From Octopus vulgaris (Eukaryota): a stretch of 64,000 nt of DNA. The stretch's first letter is position 1. Every line of letters begins with the position of its first letter. Positions 41,231 to 56,335 of this stretch are shown here, in pieces. The position numbers and the translations under genes were made by a program. The notes under the pieces were generated by a model. That model was not told where the DNA came from and searched no databases. It saw only the letters and a list, made by a program, of their open reading frames with translations. Location: NCBI GenBank assembly GCA_951406725.2, contig OX597821.1:620001-684000 (forward strand). Reading direction: 5' to 3'.

Positions 41231-44200
41231 TTATATATATACGCACACAACATACAGAAACATATTTAAAATCAAACACAGTTAAACGTTCAAACCAAAC
41301 CTTCTCTCAAATAATTTAATGAATGACACAGTCTAAGATTATAAGTTACATATGTCCTAAGATGCTGGCTGTTTTATTACAACTTTTAAACTCCAATCTG
41401 TTTTTATTTTCACTCCACTGACAATTATGGTTGGCTGGGAGAGACTGCTTTCGTTGGTTAGAAAAGAATAACTCTACAAAACTTGTCACATGTTTTTAAA
41501 AACTGTTTTAATACATCTGTATTTATCTATACATTAAATATACATCATACCTTTCCATGGATCACAATATAATTCACAATTGAAAATTCATTATTTTATA
41601 TAACAAACCATGACTGCACAATATAAATTAATAAAGACTTTGACATGAAATACACACACTTTTTAGCATGCATGCACACACACACACACACACACAGAAT
41701 TATACCACTTCCACTACAGAGCCTCATAGCTATTTTAAATTTTTAATGTTTTGTATTATTTTTACTTCTGTGAAATACTAAATTCATTTCTTTGTATAAT
41801 AAGTCATATTTGTATAATAAGTCTTTTTACAAATACAATATTCGAGTGTGATCGTTACCAGAGCAACAAACTGGCTTCCTTACCGGTGGCACATAAAAAG
41901 CACTATTCGAGCGTGATCGTTACCTGCTTTGCCTTATTGGCAGTTGTGCTGGTGACATGTGAAAAAACATTCAAGCGAGGTTATTGTCAGTGCTGCTGGA
42001 CGGGCTTCTGTGCAGGTGGCACATAAGAAGCACCATTTGAGCATGGCCATTGCCAGTTCCGCCTGACTGGCCCCCGTGCCGGTGGCATGTAAAAGCACCC
42101 ACTACACTCTCGGAGTGGTTGGCATTAGGAAGTGCATCCAACTATAGAAACTCTGCCAGATCAGACTGGAGCCTGGTGCAGCCATCTGGTTCACCAGTTC
42201 TCAGTCAAATCATCCAACCCATGCTAGTATGGAAAGCAAACGTTAAACGATGATGATGATATATTTTATACTCTAATCCTCAAAAAACCAAAACCAGTAA
42301 AAGTATATATATGCACATACATACACACATATGCATGCACACGCACACACACTCACACACATACCAGTATATTAAATATTTTATGTGCCTATACATATAT
42401 ATGAACTTGCCTTTCATAATCTTTGGTGTTTTTTATTTCACAGATCTCCTGTATCTTGATTGTAACATCAACAGCAATTTCTCAGCTAAACATAACCTAC
42501 CTAGCTAGCTAGGATTAATAATTGCAATACCTTTCTTTAAGAATACAGCTTTCCTTTAACTCCTTGAAACAATGGCCTTCCGCTTCATCTCTTATGTCTT
42601 TATGGCCCACAAGGGGCTAAACATAGAGGGGACAAACAAGGACAGACATAGGGGTTAAGTCGATTACATCAACCCCAGTGCATAACTGGTACTTAATTTA
42701 TCGACCCCGAAAGGATGAAAGGCAAAGTGGTCCTCGGTGGAATTTGAACTCAGAATGTAAAGACAGACGATATACCACTAAGCATTTCACCCGGTGTGCT
42801 AATATTTCTTATTTCTTTATTGCCTACAAGGGACTAAACATGGAGGGGACAAACAAGGACAGACAAAGGGATTAAATCGATTACATCGACCCCAGTGTGT
42901 AACTGGTACTTAATTTATTGACCCTGAAAGGATGAAAGGCAAAGTCGACCTTGGCGGAATTTGAATGGCAGACGAAATACCACTAAGTATTTCACCCAGC
43001 GTGCTAATGTTTCTGCCAGCTCGCTGCCTTGCTTTCTACTAAGTCTCTATCCACCAAAATCCACTCTCAAGGCATTGGTCAATCAGAAGCAATGCCAGAA
43101 GATCTCAAAAATAAAAAAACTAACCAAATCTAGAAAGCAAACTTCTGAACCGTATATTCCTGCCTCTGATCAAACTCAACAATATTCATTGCAATGAAAC
43201 ATTGTAAATTCTTCAATTGAATCCTGAATTCTTAACCAACGACATATTCATTAATCAAACTTCCAAAAATATTAGATTTAGAATTTAAGTAGAAAATAGA
43301 AGAATGCAATTTTTAGAAATATATTTCAGGTACTCCCATTTTTTTCTTTCACTACCTCCTTTTCTCTTACTTTCATTCTCTCTGTGCATCTTTTTCGTTT
43401 AGGCCAAATTTGGTCACTATTTCTTTTAGGTATGACAGCCACATACAGACTCCCATTTTTAGATTGTGAAAAGTATAAATCTTTCCAGATGAACTGACAA
43501 AAAAAAAAGAAAAAGAAGACTAACTCTTAACAGTTAAAATAAAATTAACTAGCCTTAATAGTTAAAAATATTAATTTCTTTATTACTAACCAGAAAAGAA
43601 TTAACTTACGCTCTATAAACAACAAAATAAATGTTTTGTTAAATTTCTAATAAATAGATAAAATATCCAAGACATTTTTTTCAGTAAATCCTAAAAATTT
43701 AATTAAATACTCAGAAACTAAAGGAATAACCAAAATATATGTCTATCAAAGAATTCAGATTGGGGTTATGGTACCGTTTACTATTTAGTACTGCTTAATG
43801 GAATTTATAGGGATAAAATAGACAATAAATACTCAAATATAGACAAACCAAAACTGAGAAGTGAATATAAATATGCATGATTACACATAGACACATATAC
43901 ATAAGTGGTGTGTGTATATGTTTGTGTGTCTGTGTTTGTGCTCGCAACATTGCTTGACAACCAATGTTGGTATGTTTACATCCTCATAACATAGTGAATC
44001 GGCAAAAGAGACCAATAGAGCTTACAAAGAATAAGTCCCGAGGTCGATTTGCTCGACTAAAGGTGGTGCTCCAGTATGGCTACAGTCAAATGACTGAAAC
44101 AAGTAAAAGAATAAAAATATATACAAGCAGTAGTATAATGAATACCATACAACATAAATTGCTTTGAGAGAAAACAAACAAATGCCTTGTGGCAACTGGA

Positions 44201-44402
44201 CGCAACTTCAAATGACAAGGGGAGATAATTTGGAGACTCAACAGTTCTTCATGACTGACATGACATTCAGGAAAAGACAGTTTGATTGTCTGGCTGTAGA
44301 CACACATTTCTGTCTCAGTAGGCATCATTACTATATTGGTTATCCTAATTTATGTGTATGGATGTGTCTGAAATAGTTCCTCACAAAACAAAAATGTATG
44401 TG

Positions 44403-44439
<37 letters not shown>

Positions 44440-44979
44440 AATACTGCAGACACATTTGAATAGATAAATGGCTTTATGTAAAGCAAGTCTAATAAATCAT
44501 AGAGATTAACAGAAATAAAGCAAAATTACTAACAAATTCATACACACATACGTTTATAAACATGGACGCATACACATGCACATACAGGCATACACATACA
44601 TAGATAAATATAAACACACACATGCATGCATACACACACACATGCACACACACACACACATATATATATATACATATATGCACATACATATATGCACACA
44701 TGTGTACATATATATGCATGCATATATACACACATTCATAAATATACATATGGAAGATTGGCAAGTGATCAATATTTGGAGAGGAAACCCTGTTCATGGA
44801 ACTGTTCGTAGTTGCAAAGAATCACCACAGTCGCAATAGTTATGTTCTCCATGCAAAAGTTCATAACCTTTCATCTGACAAGTAACTGTACAATAGACAC
44901 AGATTGTTTGCCTATAACATACATACTTAGAGTGTAGGTGTGTGTGTGTGTATTTACACACAAACATACACATGCACAC

Positions 44980-45067
<88 letters not shown>

Positions 45068-46029
45068 ACACATACATGTATATATACATGTGTATATATA
45101 TACAAATACGTGTATTTACATAAACACATGCATATATACATATATATATATATGTATATATGTATGTGTGTGTGTGTGTGTGCATATATGTGTGTATATA
45201 TATATGTGTATGTGTACATATATATGAATATATATATATATGTGTGTGTGTGTATATATGTCTATATATATATATATACATACACACACACACACATATA
45301 TGCATATATGTATTCACACACACATATACACACACATTCATACCTGCATATATAGTCAGTTGCCCTCCCCCCCAATTTCTCCCACTCCACACATGGCAGT
45401 ATACATAGAGGGCAAGTTACTCCTTCAAACAAATCTTGCTAAATAGAAAGAAAAAAAAAAGCCCGATATATTATATAAACTCTTTGATCTTTGTTGACAT
45501 TTATCTGCACTAATTTTTGATTGATTCTCATTTACTCTTAGCTGTTGTTATTGTTGTTGTGGTAGAAGTAGTAGCGAAGGTGGACTGTGGTAGTTAATGT
45601 TACAGTGGTGATTTTGTTGCATTGTGGTGATGGTGGTGGTAGTGTCTGTGGTTGTCATGGTGATTGTAACGGTGGTCACTGTGCTAGCAAAGTTCCACGG
45701 GGTGTCTCGGACAATGAGGTCAAGAAAAGAAAAAATGTAGAGAGATAGATATAGAGGGAGAGATAAAGAATGGAGGAGGAATAAAAATGGATAGATTGGT
45801 AGATATTGTGAGTGGTGATGATGGGGGTAAGAATCAGAAATGAAGGAAAAACTGCATGCTTTTTTTTGCCTTTAGATATATAGACATTTTTCTTTTTGTA
45901 AGGAACGCTTTCTTAATATATATAGTTATAACTGAAATAAAAAAAAAAATTAGTGCTGATTTAATTATCATAATTAATGCCAAATTTTGCTTAAGAAACA
46001 GAATACCCCTCTCAAAATGTGTGTGTATG

Positions 46030-46070
<41 letters not shown>

Positions 46071-46473
46071 ATATATGAAGAAAAATGGCCGATGGAGGAA
46101 AAAAGTAAATACTGTCCATGTGACTACCAGCAACCAATCAAAATACACAACAGTTTACCAAGACAAAATGGTTACAACAGCATTGCATACATATATATAC
46201 ATATATATATATATATATATTAATAAATAAAATAAAACATATGCATATATATAAACATATATGTACGTACCTACCTCTACATGTACATATACACGCATAT
46301 ATGAGTACAGGACACCAAAAGGACGTCGAACACAATGAGAAACGAAAACATAGACACAAACCAAAGGAACTGGACATTTTTTTAAAAACAACAAAAAAAT
46401 AGAGTACAGGACAATTAACACAAAGAAAAAACCCCTTCTTCAGTCGCTATGGTTTCATCTACTCTACGTTTCG

Positions 46474-46516
<43 letters not shown>

Positions 46517-46744
46517 AAAAGTTCAATAAAAACCTTTGGAAATAACTGAAGGTTACTCAAAACATGAGGTATTGCGAAAAACTTGTTAGTTCAATTGTTC
46601 ATTTGAGCACAACCACCATTAAATGAAGAGAACCCTTGAAAAGCACAATGGAAAATTTAGTCAATATATTATTGCTGTTTATGTTGTCAACAAGTCTTGT
46701 GGTACACACAGAAACATATAAACACACACATGTGTATGTATATG

Positions 46745-46783
<39 letters not shown>

Positions 46784-47192
46784 TCTTTTACTTGTTTCAG
46801 TCAGTTGACTGCGGCCATGCTGGAGCACCACCTTTAGTCAAGCAACTCGACCCCGGGACTTATTCTTTGTAAGCCCAGTACTTATTCTATCGGTCTCTTT
46901 TGCTGAACCGCTAAGTGACGGGGACATAAACACACCAGCATCGGTTGTCAAGCAATGCTAGGGGAACAAACACAGACACACAAACATACATGTACACATA
47001 TATATATGCATATATACGACGGGCTTCTTTCAGTTTCCGTCTACCAAATCCGCTCACAAAGCTTTGGTTGGCCCGAGGCTATAGCAGAAGATACCTGCCC
47101 AATGTGCTACGCAGTGGGACTGAACCCGGAACCATGTGGTTGGTAAGCAAGCTACTTACCACACAGCCTATATATGTATATATATATATATA

Positions 47193-47681
47193 TCTATATA
47201 TATAAAACTCTAGTTGTGTGAGTGTGTGTCCCCTTCGATTTAGATTCCTAACTACTCCCACATTTTGCGGTGCAGTTTAACCAAATTTGGGTATCTTATA
47301 GTCGTGATTCATATCAAGCCCGTCTGGGTATTAGCGCGCGTCTACAATGAGTCTACGATTTTAAAAATAATTTACCATAATTTTTTTCCATTTTAACGCA
47401 TATTTTTTAAATAAAGGGCTCACACCTGCACCTGTGTTGCTTCTCCCCCTTCTTCCCTCCCTCGTGAAGCTGTGGGGAAGGGAGTGTAAGGAAATCAACG
47501 TTGTAATGCGTTGTCAAGGAGACCAGCGTTCTTTTAGAACAACGACTTCATGGCTTGAAGACACCAAAACAGAAATGGCTAAGAAAGCCCGAATTGGCAT
47601 CTATAAGGGAAGTAACTCTCTAAAAATGCTTATATAGTTATTTCCCTTACAAACCCGAGCAACGCCGGGCGATACTGCTAG
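47193..47681 (+). mobile_element. Non-autonomous Helitron
   Basis: A|TCTATATATATAAAA start; CCCGAGCAACGCCGGG hairpin (47654-47669); CTAG|T end. Confidence 0.88.
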
Positions 47682-47903
47682 TATATATAAGCTTACTTAC
47701 TAATACTGTATGATAATGAAGGCTGAGAAACAGTAAAATAAAAAGCTATGACAGTCAGGTTTAGTTGTATGAAGAATATATAATATATTCATGGTGTAAT
47801 TCATTTTCCTTTTTCTTTTAGATGTACAGCGAGCTTAAAATATCTGGGTAAGTTTAGTCCAGTTGCCTTTTACAAACATGGACTCCTCTCACAAGTACAC
47901 ACA

Positions 47904-48219
47904 CACATGCATCATACCTAAACACCACATGCATCATACCTAAACACCACATGCATCATACCTAAACACCACATGCATCATACCTAAACACCACATGCAT
48001 CATACCTAAACACCACATGCATCATACCTAAACACCACATGCATCATACCTAAACACCACATGCATCATACCTAAACACCACATGCATCATACCTAAACA
48101 CCACATGCATCATACCTAAACACCACATGCATCATACCTAAACACCACATGCATCATACCTAAACACCACATGCATCATACCTAAACACCACATGCATCA
48201 TACCTAAACACCACATGCA
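47904..48219. repeat. Perfect 22-bp minisatellite, about 14 copies
   Basis: Unit CACATGCATCATACCTAAACAC with no spacers. Confidence 0.97.
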
Positions 48220-48806
48220 CGTACATAGCTCTGTATGCACATGTGTCATAAAGTATATATTAAAATGAATGCATTATCGCCTCACAGAAGTACTGACACA
48301 CATATAGAAAGATCTGCACGACACAGGCTTCCACATAAAAACAACTATACTAACAGACATACATACATACACATACATACACATACACATACATACACAT
48401 ACATACACATACACACACACACAGTCACATGGTGTGAGAAGTTAACAACAGACTGCTATAAGGTCAATAAACAATATACCGGACAGAGAGGGCAAGTAAG
48501 ATACGAGTTAACAACACGAGTTAGCAACACACTGTCATAAGGTCAATAGCAAACCATATATTGTGTAGGAGGAAGAGAATGAAGGAACAGAAGATGAATT
48601 AGCAACAGACTGTTGTAAGGTCAGCAGACAATAATATATTGACCAGACGGTGTGGGAATAAAAGAGGAGTTAGCAACAGTGAATAATAGAAAGAAAGAAT
48701 GAACAAGCAAAATATGTGGTATCATCATTTGAGCATGTAATTTATAATTCAAACATAACTGCAGAGTTCTTAGAGTAAATAAGAGATTAAGAAGTTATGC
48801 ATGAAG

Positions 48807-48903
48807 TCTCTTACAGCTGTTTCTAGAATAGCTGTATATATGATGCATATCTCTTTGAGCAAAGATATCCGTATAAAAGCCAACTATACTGTCTTCAGAG
48901 GGA
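48807..48903 (-). ncRNA. Type I hammerhead ribozyme motif (Penelope-type)
   Basis: Minus strand TCCCT-CTGAAGA-CAGTATAGTTG...CAGCTATTCTA-GAAA-CAGCTG-TA-AGAGA; palindromic stem III ACAGCTGT. Confidence 0.65.
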
Positions 48904-49019
48904 AGGATTAAGGAATAGTCTTAATAAAAGATAGTAGTAGTTCTTAGTTCCATTGTTGAAGAACTAAAGAATATCCTGAGTAAAAGATATTAGCAGTTAT
49001 CAGTTCCATTGTTGAAAAG

Positions 49020-49108
<89 letters not shown>

Positions 49109-51790
49109 AATCCAGAAGGATGAAAGACAAAGTTGACCTCAGCAGAATTTGAACTCAGATTGTAAGGCTGGATGAAATGCTAGGCGTTTTGTCCTGTGAG
49201 CTAACAGTTCTGCTAGTTTACCATCTTTAATCCAGTACTAACACACACACACATGCACCCACCCACACATTCTTTATTCCTGGGTCAACAAAGCTACCAA
49301 TGATTCGATGTGAAGGGATCTTCCCAATTGTCTTAGCATGTGAAGGTGTTGATAAGTATCAATTGTGGCACACTTGAACAATTGTGAAGATGTTTTCATA
49401 TGAAACCATTGGTAGCATTGTTAATTCACAAATAAAGAATATTTATGCCCCAGTGCAGTACTGAGCAGTCATACTCATTGTTTGATATTAGCACACACAC
49501 ACACACACTAAATGTTGTTTTTTTTATCAATTTCAATGTTGAATATTCAAGGTGCTTGATCAAAAGACCTAACTATTCCTTGAATTATAAAGTGGATGAG
49601 TATTCCATATATACTTGCACACTTCAGAGAGAATCAACCCATAACAGTATGCGGAAGACAAAAGTAATCCTTTTCAATCCATTTTCCATCTGAAGGGCTT
49701 TTGCACAATTGTCTCATCAATTTTACTTACAAAATTTGGATCAAGCTGAAGTGAAAGAAAAAGATGTCGCTTAAATCGATTGGCATCAAAGACATCATCA
49801 TTGCAAAGCAAACACTTTAACCATGAAACTATGCTCATCTCTCTCTTTTACTCTTTTACTTGTTTCAGTCATTTGACTGCGGCCCTGCTGGAGCACCACC
49901 TTTAGTCAAGCAACTCGACCCCGGGACTTATTCTTTGTAAGCCCAGTACTTATTCTATCGGTCTCTTTTGCTGAACCGCTAAGTGACGGGGACATAAACA
50001 CACCAGCATTGGTTATCAAGCAATGCTAGGGGGACAAACACGCACACACAAACATACACGCACACACATATATATATATATACATATATATGTAGGATCG
50101 GCTTCTTTCAGTTTCCGTCTACCAAATCCACTCACAAGGCTTTGGTTGGCTGAGGCTCTAGTAGAAGACACTTGCGCAGTGGGAATGAACCCAGAACCAT
50201 GTGGTTGGTAAGCAAGTTACTTACCAAACAGCCACTCCTGGATTAGTTAATTGGTTAAATAGCTAATCAATTGACAAAAAATGAAGTGAAATAGAACCAG
50301 TGTATGTGTTTATTGTTGGTATAATGACCCTCCCAAGTTACTTCAAAAATATGTTTCAACACATGAGTTCAAATTAAAGAATCTTGCCAACCAAATACAA
50401 AAAAGAAATGAAAAAATATATCCATGTATATCAATTGTTAAAATTTCAGAATTGTGAAAGGAAAATAAAATAGATAGTTATGTGCCAGTGAGAGAATAGG
50501 AATGTTTGTGAGCGTATATGGAGAACATCTGTATGTGTACAGGTTATATACATGTAAGACAGACATATATACCTTTGTGTATACAGACATATGTATAATT
50601 CATTCATTAGCCATAGATTCTGTGCCAGGAAAATGGTTAAAAAATACTATAATCACAGACACAACCTCATGCAATCAAATCAAGCAAAACTGCTGGGCTA
50701 TTGATTGAGGTGTGTGTGTGTGTGTGTGTACACACATGCAAGTATACATTTATTTTTATGTATGTTGAATCATGTATCATCTTACTTTTGTATTTATAAA
50801 TGTGTACCATACTGTTTAAAACTGTGTATATATTTTTACAGAGATGCTGAAATACACACACAAACACACACACTAAACGTATATATATAAATGAAAGTGT
50901 GTTTTTTAATATGTGATGTATTTGTGTATATATGCATGTACATAAATTTGTTTAGATTTCTTCTACATGTTTATACATATACATATGTGTGTGTGTGTGC
51001 GTGTGTGTGTGTGCATGTATATGTACACATACATTCTATGATAAATTCTCTACATTCCAGCAAAACATCAACAATATCCTCGATTATAAAAAACAAACCC
51101 AAAAAACCCCACACCAAACAAGAATGGTACCTTCAACTATGGCATTAAGGGAACTTGCCAATCCACTGTGGCATTCATACTCAATACCTGTGTCTTCGAA
51201 TTAGTAAACAGACATTATCAAACTATATCAAACGAGAATTAGCTGAAGAGGAAGAATAAGGAAGAATGGTAAAAAAAGAAAAAAATAATAATAATAAATT
51301 AATAAAAAAATTCTGGAATAAAGGAGGGAAAAAAATGCAAATATTGAATGAAGATGCAGTAAGGAAAATATTTTAAGAAAGAAAATAAATTCATTGTTAT
51401 TTATGATTTTTATTATATTTTTTAAATTATTATTATTATTATTATTATTACCTTTATCAAAGGTATTCTATTTTCATTATTGCTTTTATGTTATTGTTAT
51501 TTTTGCTTTTATTATTATTATTTTTATTATTATTGCTATTACTGTGTGTGTGTTTGTGTGTGTGTGTGTAGTTTTTATTAATATTATTATTAATTGGTTT
51601 TGCATATGTATTTTTTTATCACTTCTTTTTATTGTAGCTTTGTCTTGTGTTCTTTCTTCAACAAATTAGTCTGAACAGTATTTCTATATTTATTTATTTA
51701 TTTAAACTGGACATGTGTGTGCCTGTCCGTGCACACATACATGCCTGTATATATCATCATCATCGTCATTTAATATCTGTCTTCCATACT

Positions 51791-51847
<57 letters not shown>

Positions 51848-54254
51848 ATGTCTGTATGTATATATGTATGCATGGGCTCCTATATTTTACTCTTTTATTC
51901 TTTTATTTGTTTCAGTCATTTAACTGCGACCATGCTGGAGCACCATCTTTAGTCAGACAAATCGACCCCAGAACTTATTCTTTGTAAGCCTAGTACTTAT
52001 TCTATCGGTCTATATTGCTGAACTGCTAAGTTATGGAGATGTTGACACACCAACATCGGTTGTCAAGTGAGGGTGTGTGTGTGTGTGGGGGGGGGGGGGC
52101 AAACATATACATACATATATATACGACAGGCTTCTTTCAGTTTCCATCTACCAAATCCACTCACAAGTCTTTGATCAGCCCGAGGCAATAGCAGAAGACA
52201 CTTGTCCAAGGTGCCATGCAGTTGGACTAAACCCAGAACCATGTGGTTGGTTAGCAAGCTACTTACCACACAGCCATCCCTGCATATATATATATATATG
52301 TGTGTGTGTGTGCGTGTGTGTGTGTGCGCGTGTGTGTGTGTGTGTGTGCGTGTGTTTGAATGTGTGTACATATATAATTGTATGTATGTATATATATATA
52401 TTATTTGTTGGAAAAGCATGGAAGTTTCCAAAAAAAAAATTGTTTTGAACCAAATAAAAATTGTCAAAAAGTGAGTTTCTTATATAGCAATTAAATAAAA
52501 ATATTTTAGAAAATGTTAATGTCACGTGATTATAGTACATAAATTTGAAAACTGTTTGGTGTTTATATTTTGTGAATGTGGCATGAATTGTGCATGTGGG
52601 CATGTGTGTATGCATGTACATATTTCACTACATTTTTATGCAAACACATATGAACACAATTGCTTTCACATACAAGTTCATATATCCATACATACACTTA
52701 GAAATAACAAATTAATAGACAGTATGTGTTTAAGGAAATGCATCTATTAAATTATATGAGCATTTATCTATTTATCTATCTATCTTTCTGTCTATCTACC
52801 TATCTATCTCTATATAAATGCATATATATATATGTATATATGTTTATGTATAGTGTGTGTGTGTATGTACACACATTTACAAGCCACACACATACAACCA
52901 TACACAATACACTTCAAAGACCAAATTAGCAGTTCTTTTCCTTCTCCCTGCCTTCATCTTCCATATAACCCTCCCCCACTCACCTTCTCATTATATAGCT
53001 AGAAATATTTTAGTTTCTTTTCTTTCTTAGCAGACTTTTTTTCTCTTCAACAATTTCAAATAAAATCGTTTTTGTTTTGTGCTACAGTTGATCATATACA
53101 AACACACATCTACATATATACATGCACATATGCACCTACATAACATACATACACACACACACATATAAATATACATATATGCATGCACACATATATACTC
53201 TCATAAATATACACATATGCACATGTGCACATGCATGTATACATACACATTTATTTGCACTTATATATATATATATATGTGCACACATGTATACATAAAT
53301 GTATATACATACACACTCACATACATACATTCACATATAAGTATATGTATACACATGCGTACATATACACATGCACTCATACCTCTGATGCAACAAAGCA
53401 CCAATGCAACAGAATCTTTGCAAAGAGAACCAACATCAAGTTTTTTCCTCGCGTTTTCTACAGGAAGGTTCAGAATGGACAAATGTAAGAGTTAAAACAG
53501 AGGGTAGACTTCTGCATGGGGCTATTAACCAGAAGGTACAGGTGAATTTCAAGGAAATGCTTGTACTCCCAAGACATTAGAAACATACATACAAAATATA
53601 TTGAACTGATTGGCAATATGGAGCAGGTATAATAAGGAACAGTGTCTAAAATATGATGGACTTAGAGAATGGCATGAGGAAAGCGGTGCATGAGGGTGCT
53701 TCCTGTAGAAGTACGATGACTTGGAATTTTAATGGAAGGGCTTAAAATAATTGGACTTGAAGAAATGTATGAAACATCATGATCACAGTACTTGAAGAGT
53801 ATTTGCTGTAGAGGTGGCATGTCTAGGATTTCTTGCCAAATGGCCTAAAATAAGTCCCTCAAAAGATGGACTTTGAGAAAGGTATGAGGCATAAGGATGG
53901 CAGCATATGGAGAGTGCTTCCTGTAAAGGCTTGACATCTTGAATTTCTATCAAAAGTGCCTAAGATAAATGAACTTAGAAAATGGCATCAGAATTCATGT
54001 TGGCATTGCACAGAGGACACTTCATGTCTTGGCTTTCTAATCAGATTCTCAATGTCCAAGATAATTGGAATTGAAATTAGGAAAACTGCCAAAGCTGAGA
54101 TACCCAAAATGCAAAGAAAAAGCAAAGGATGTTTCTGAATGAGTACGGCAGAGGAAAAGAGAAGAATGACGAAAGCTGAGAGGAAAAGCTGAAGACAAAT
54201 TGTCAAGAAGCAGGATTACAGAAATAGATGCTGCATGTTGCTGTGGTTAACATG

Positions 54255-54558
54255 TGGCACTCTGTTGATTACAGTGATGAGGGTTCCAGTTGATCTGATC
54301 AATGGAACAACCTGCTTGTGAAATTAACATGTGAGCACTCTGTAGGCACATGTACTCTTAATGTAGTTCTTAGAGAGACACCAAATGTGACAAGGCTGGC
54401 CCTTTGAAATTACAGGGGTTATTTAATTTTTGCCAGCTGAGTGGACTGGAGCAATGTGAAATAAAGTGTCTTGCTCAAGGACACGATGCATCACCGGGAA
54501 TTGAACTCATGAACTTACAGTCGTGAGCTGAATACCCTAACCACTAAGCCATGTGCTT
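54255..54558 (-). mobile_element. SINE with the S3 head and CORE-like box but a different body
   Basis: CAGCTGAGTGGACTGGAGCAATGTGAAATAAAGTGTCTTGCTCAAG shared with S3; another variant at about 21860-22080. Confidence 0.75.
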
Positions 54559-55043
54559 TTATGATTACCATGTAGGACTGGAATCACTCCATGTGAGAAC
54601 AGATGCAGAGTAGAAAGGATTTGTTAGTTATCCTATTGCAGACTACACCTTAGTGAAGGTAGCAGGATTCAGGTGAGAGAGTACAAGACCTATCCAACCT
54701 ATACAAATATGGAGACAGTGAATGTAAAATAATGGTGATGATGATGATGATTTCAGAAATAACTCACCAGTTTAATCTGTGATCTTTGTAACTATGGAGA
54801 CCAGAGAAAGAAAACTTTGACTGTAATACACGAGTTCTTTTCAAAGTTTTCTCTTTTGATGTTTAGGGATGCACAGGAAGTTCATAATTCTGGTTATATA
54901 TTGTGCAATTTAAATCACACAACACACACACATACATATATAAATCAAAATGCCCAATTTTTTTTTCACATACATAAACAACACAAATACATTATACACA
55001 TATACACACATTCCATTTATCTTATATACAACACAGACATGGA

Positions 55044-55083
<40 letters not shown>

Positions 55084-55346
55084 CTACATATTTTGGTTTA
55101 ATGCATACATAGTACATATTTAAAAAGGACATACATATATTATTACATGTATATTACATATACATACAAATATTTACACATGCATCATTCCAATCTAACA
55201 CAATATATATATATACACATACGCACACACACACACACATATACATACATATATGTGTATATATATATATATATAAGGTTCCTGTATGCATGTAAATGTG
55301 TGTTTGTAAGTGTATACACACACATGTATACAAACATACAGGGACC

Positions 55347-55438
<92 letters not shown>

Positions 55439-55881
55439 CAAGTATCTATATATAGGTCCTTGATAAAAACGCTTACATATATATGTAGTGAAGCACACAT
55501 ACACATATTCTTATATACACCACATTTCAATTATGTTTCTAAACTTTTCCTATGATTTCTACAGACAATATTTGTACATTTCTGTCAGTTGCATTTATAT
55601 GGCATTTCCATAGATGGTGGTGGTCATAGCAGAACCAGTGGTGGTGGCTGTACATAAAGTGAGGCTGGTGTTTGAAGTAGTTATAACAGTATGTGAATAA
55701 TAATGCTCTTTTGGAGGAGGGAGTAATGGTTTACTGATATAAATAGATGCATTAGTGGCTCTGGAAATTTTTATATTTAAGGGAAGGAGAAGGGTTCTAA
55801 TAGAAGTAGAGTGTATCTGTGTGTAAGTTCATACATAAATTATATTGGTGTGTTGTATACATACATACATACATACATACA

Positions 55882-55917
<36 letters not shown>

Positions 55918-55918
55918 T

Positions 55919-55919
<1 letters not shown>

Positions 55920-55950
<31 letters not shown>

Positions 55951-56335
55951 TGTTTAACGTCCGCTTTCCATGCTAGCATGGGTTGGATGATTTGACTGAG
56001 GAATGGCAGACCAGATGGCTGCACCAAGCTCCAGTCTTGATCTGGCAGAGTTTCTACAGGGTTGCAGGGGATGAGCCTGTATGCTAAGGGCAACCATGCT
56101 TTTACTTAGCTTGCAAACCACCAGGAGTCTCGGTCCCTTGGCATCTCCTCTGTAAGTCTCGAAATCTGTAGATCCTTTTTCACCACTTCATGCCATGTCT
56201 TCCTGGGTCCACCATTTCCACATGCTCCCTCTGCAATTGGAGAGCTGTTCCTCTTGATGCAACTGTCCGAACCAGCGCAGTCTTCTTTCTTGCATGCTGC
56301 TTTTGATGCCTCTTATACCCAGTTTTTCTCTCCAA
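55920..56335 (-). mobile_element. RTE-clade LINE 3' fragment running into the S4 (GAT)n tail
   Basis: Minus-strand peptide REKLGIRGIKSSMQERRLRWFG and later LTEEMPRDRDSW, typical of an RTE C-terminus. Confidence 0.75.

Noticed and set aside
46540-46592. CTGAAGG...GCGAAA hammerhead-like string
   Set aside because: Core mismatch and no in-register stem I.
47904-48219. CRISPR-like array
   Set aside because: No spacers, eukaryotic context and no cas genes.
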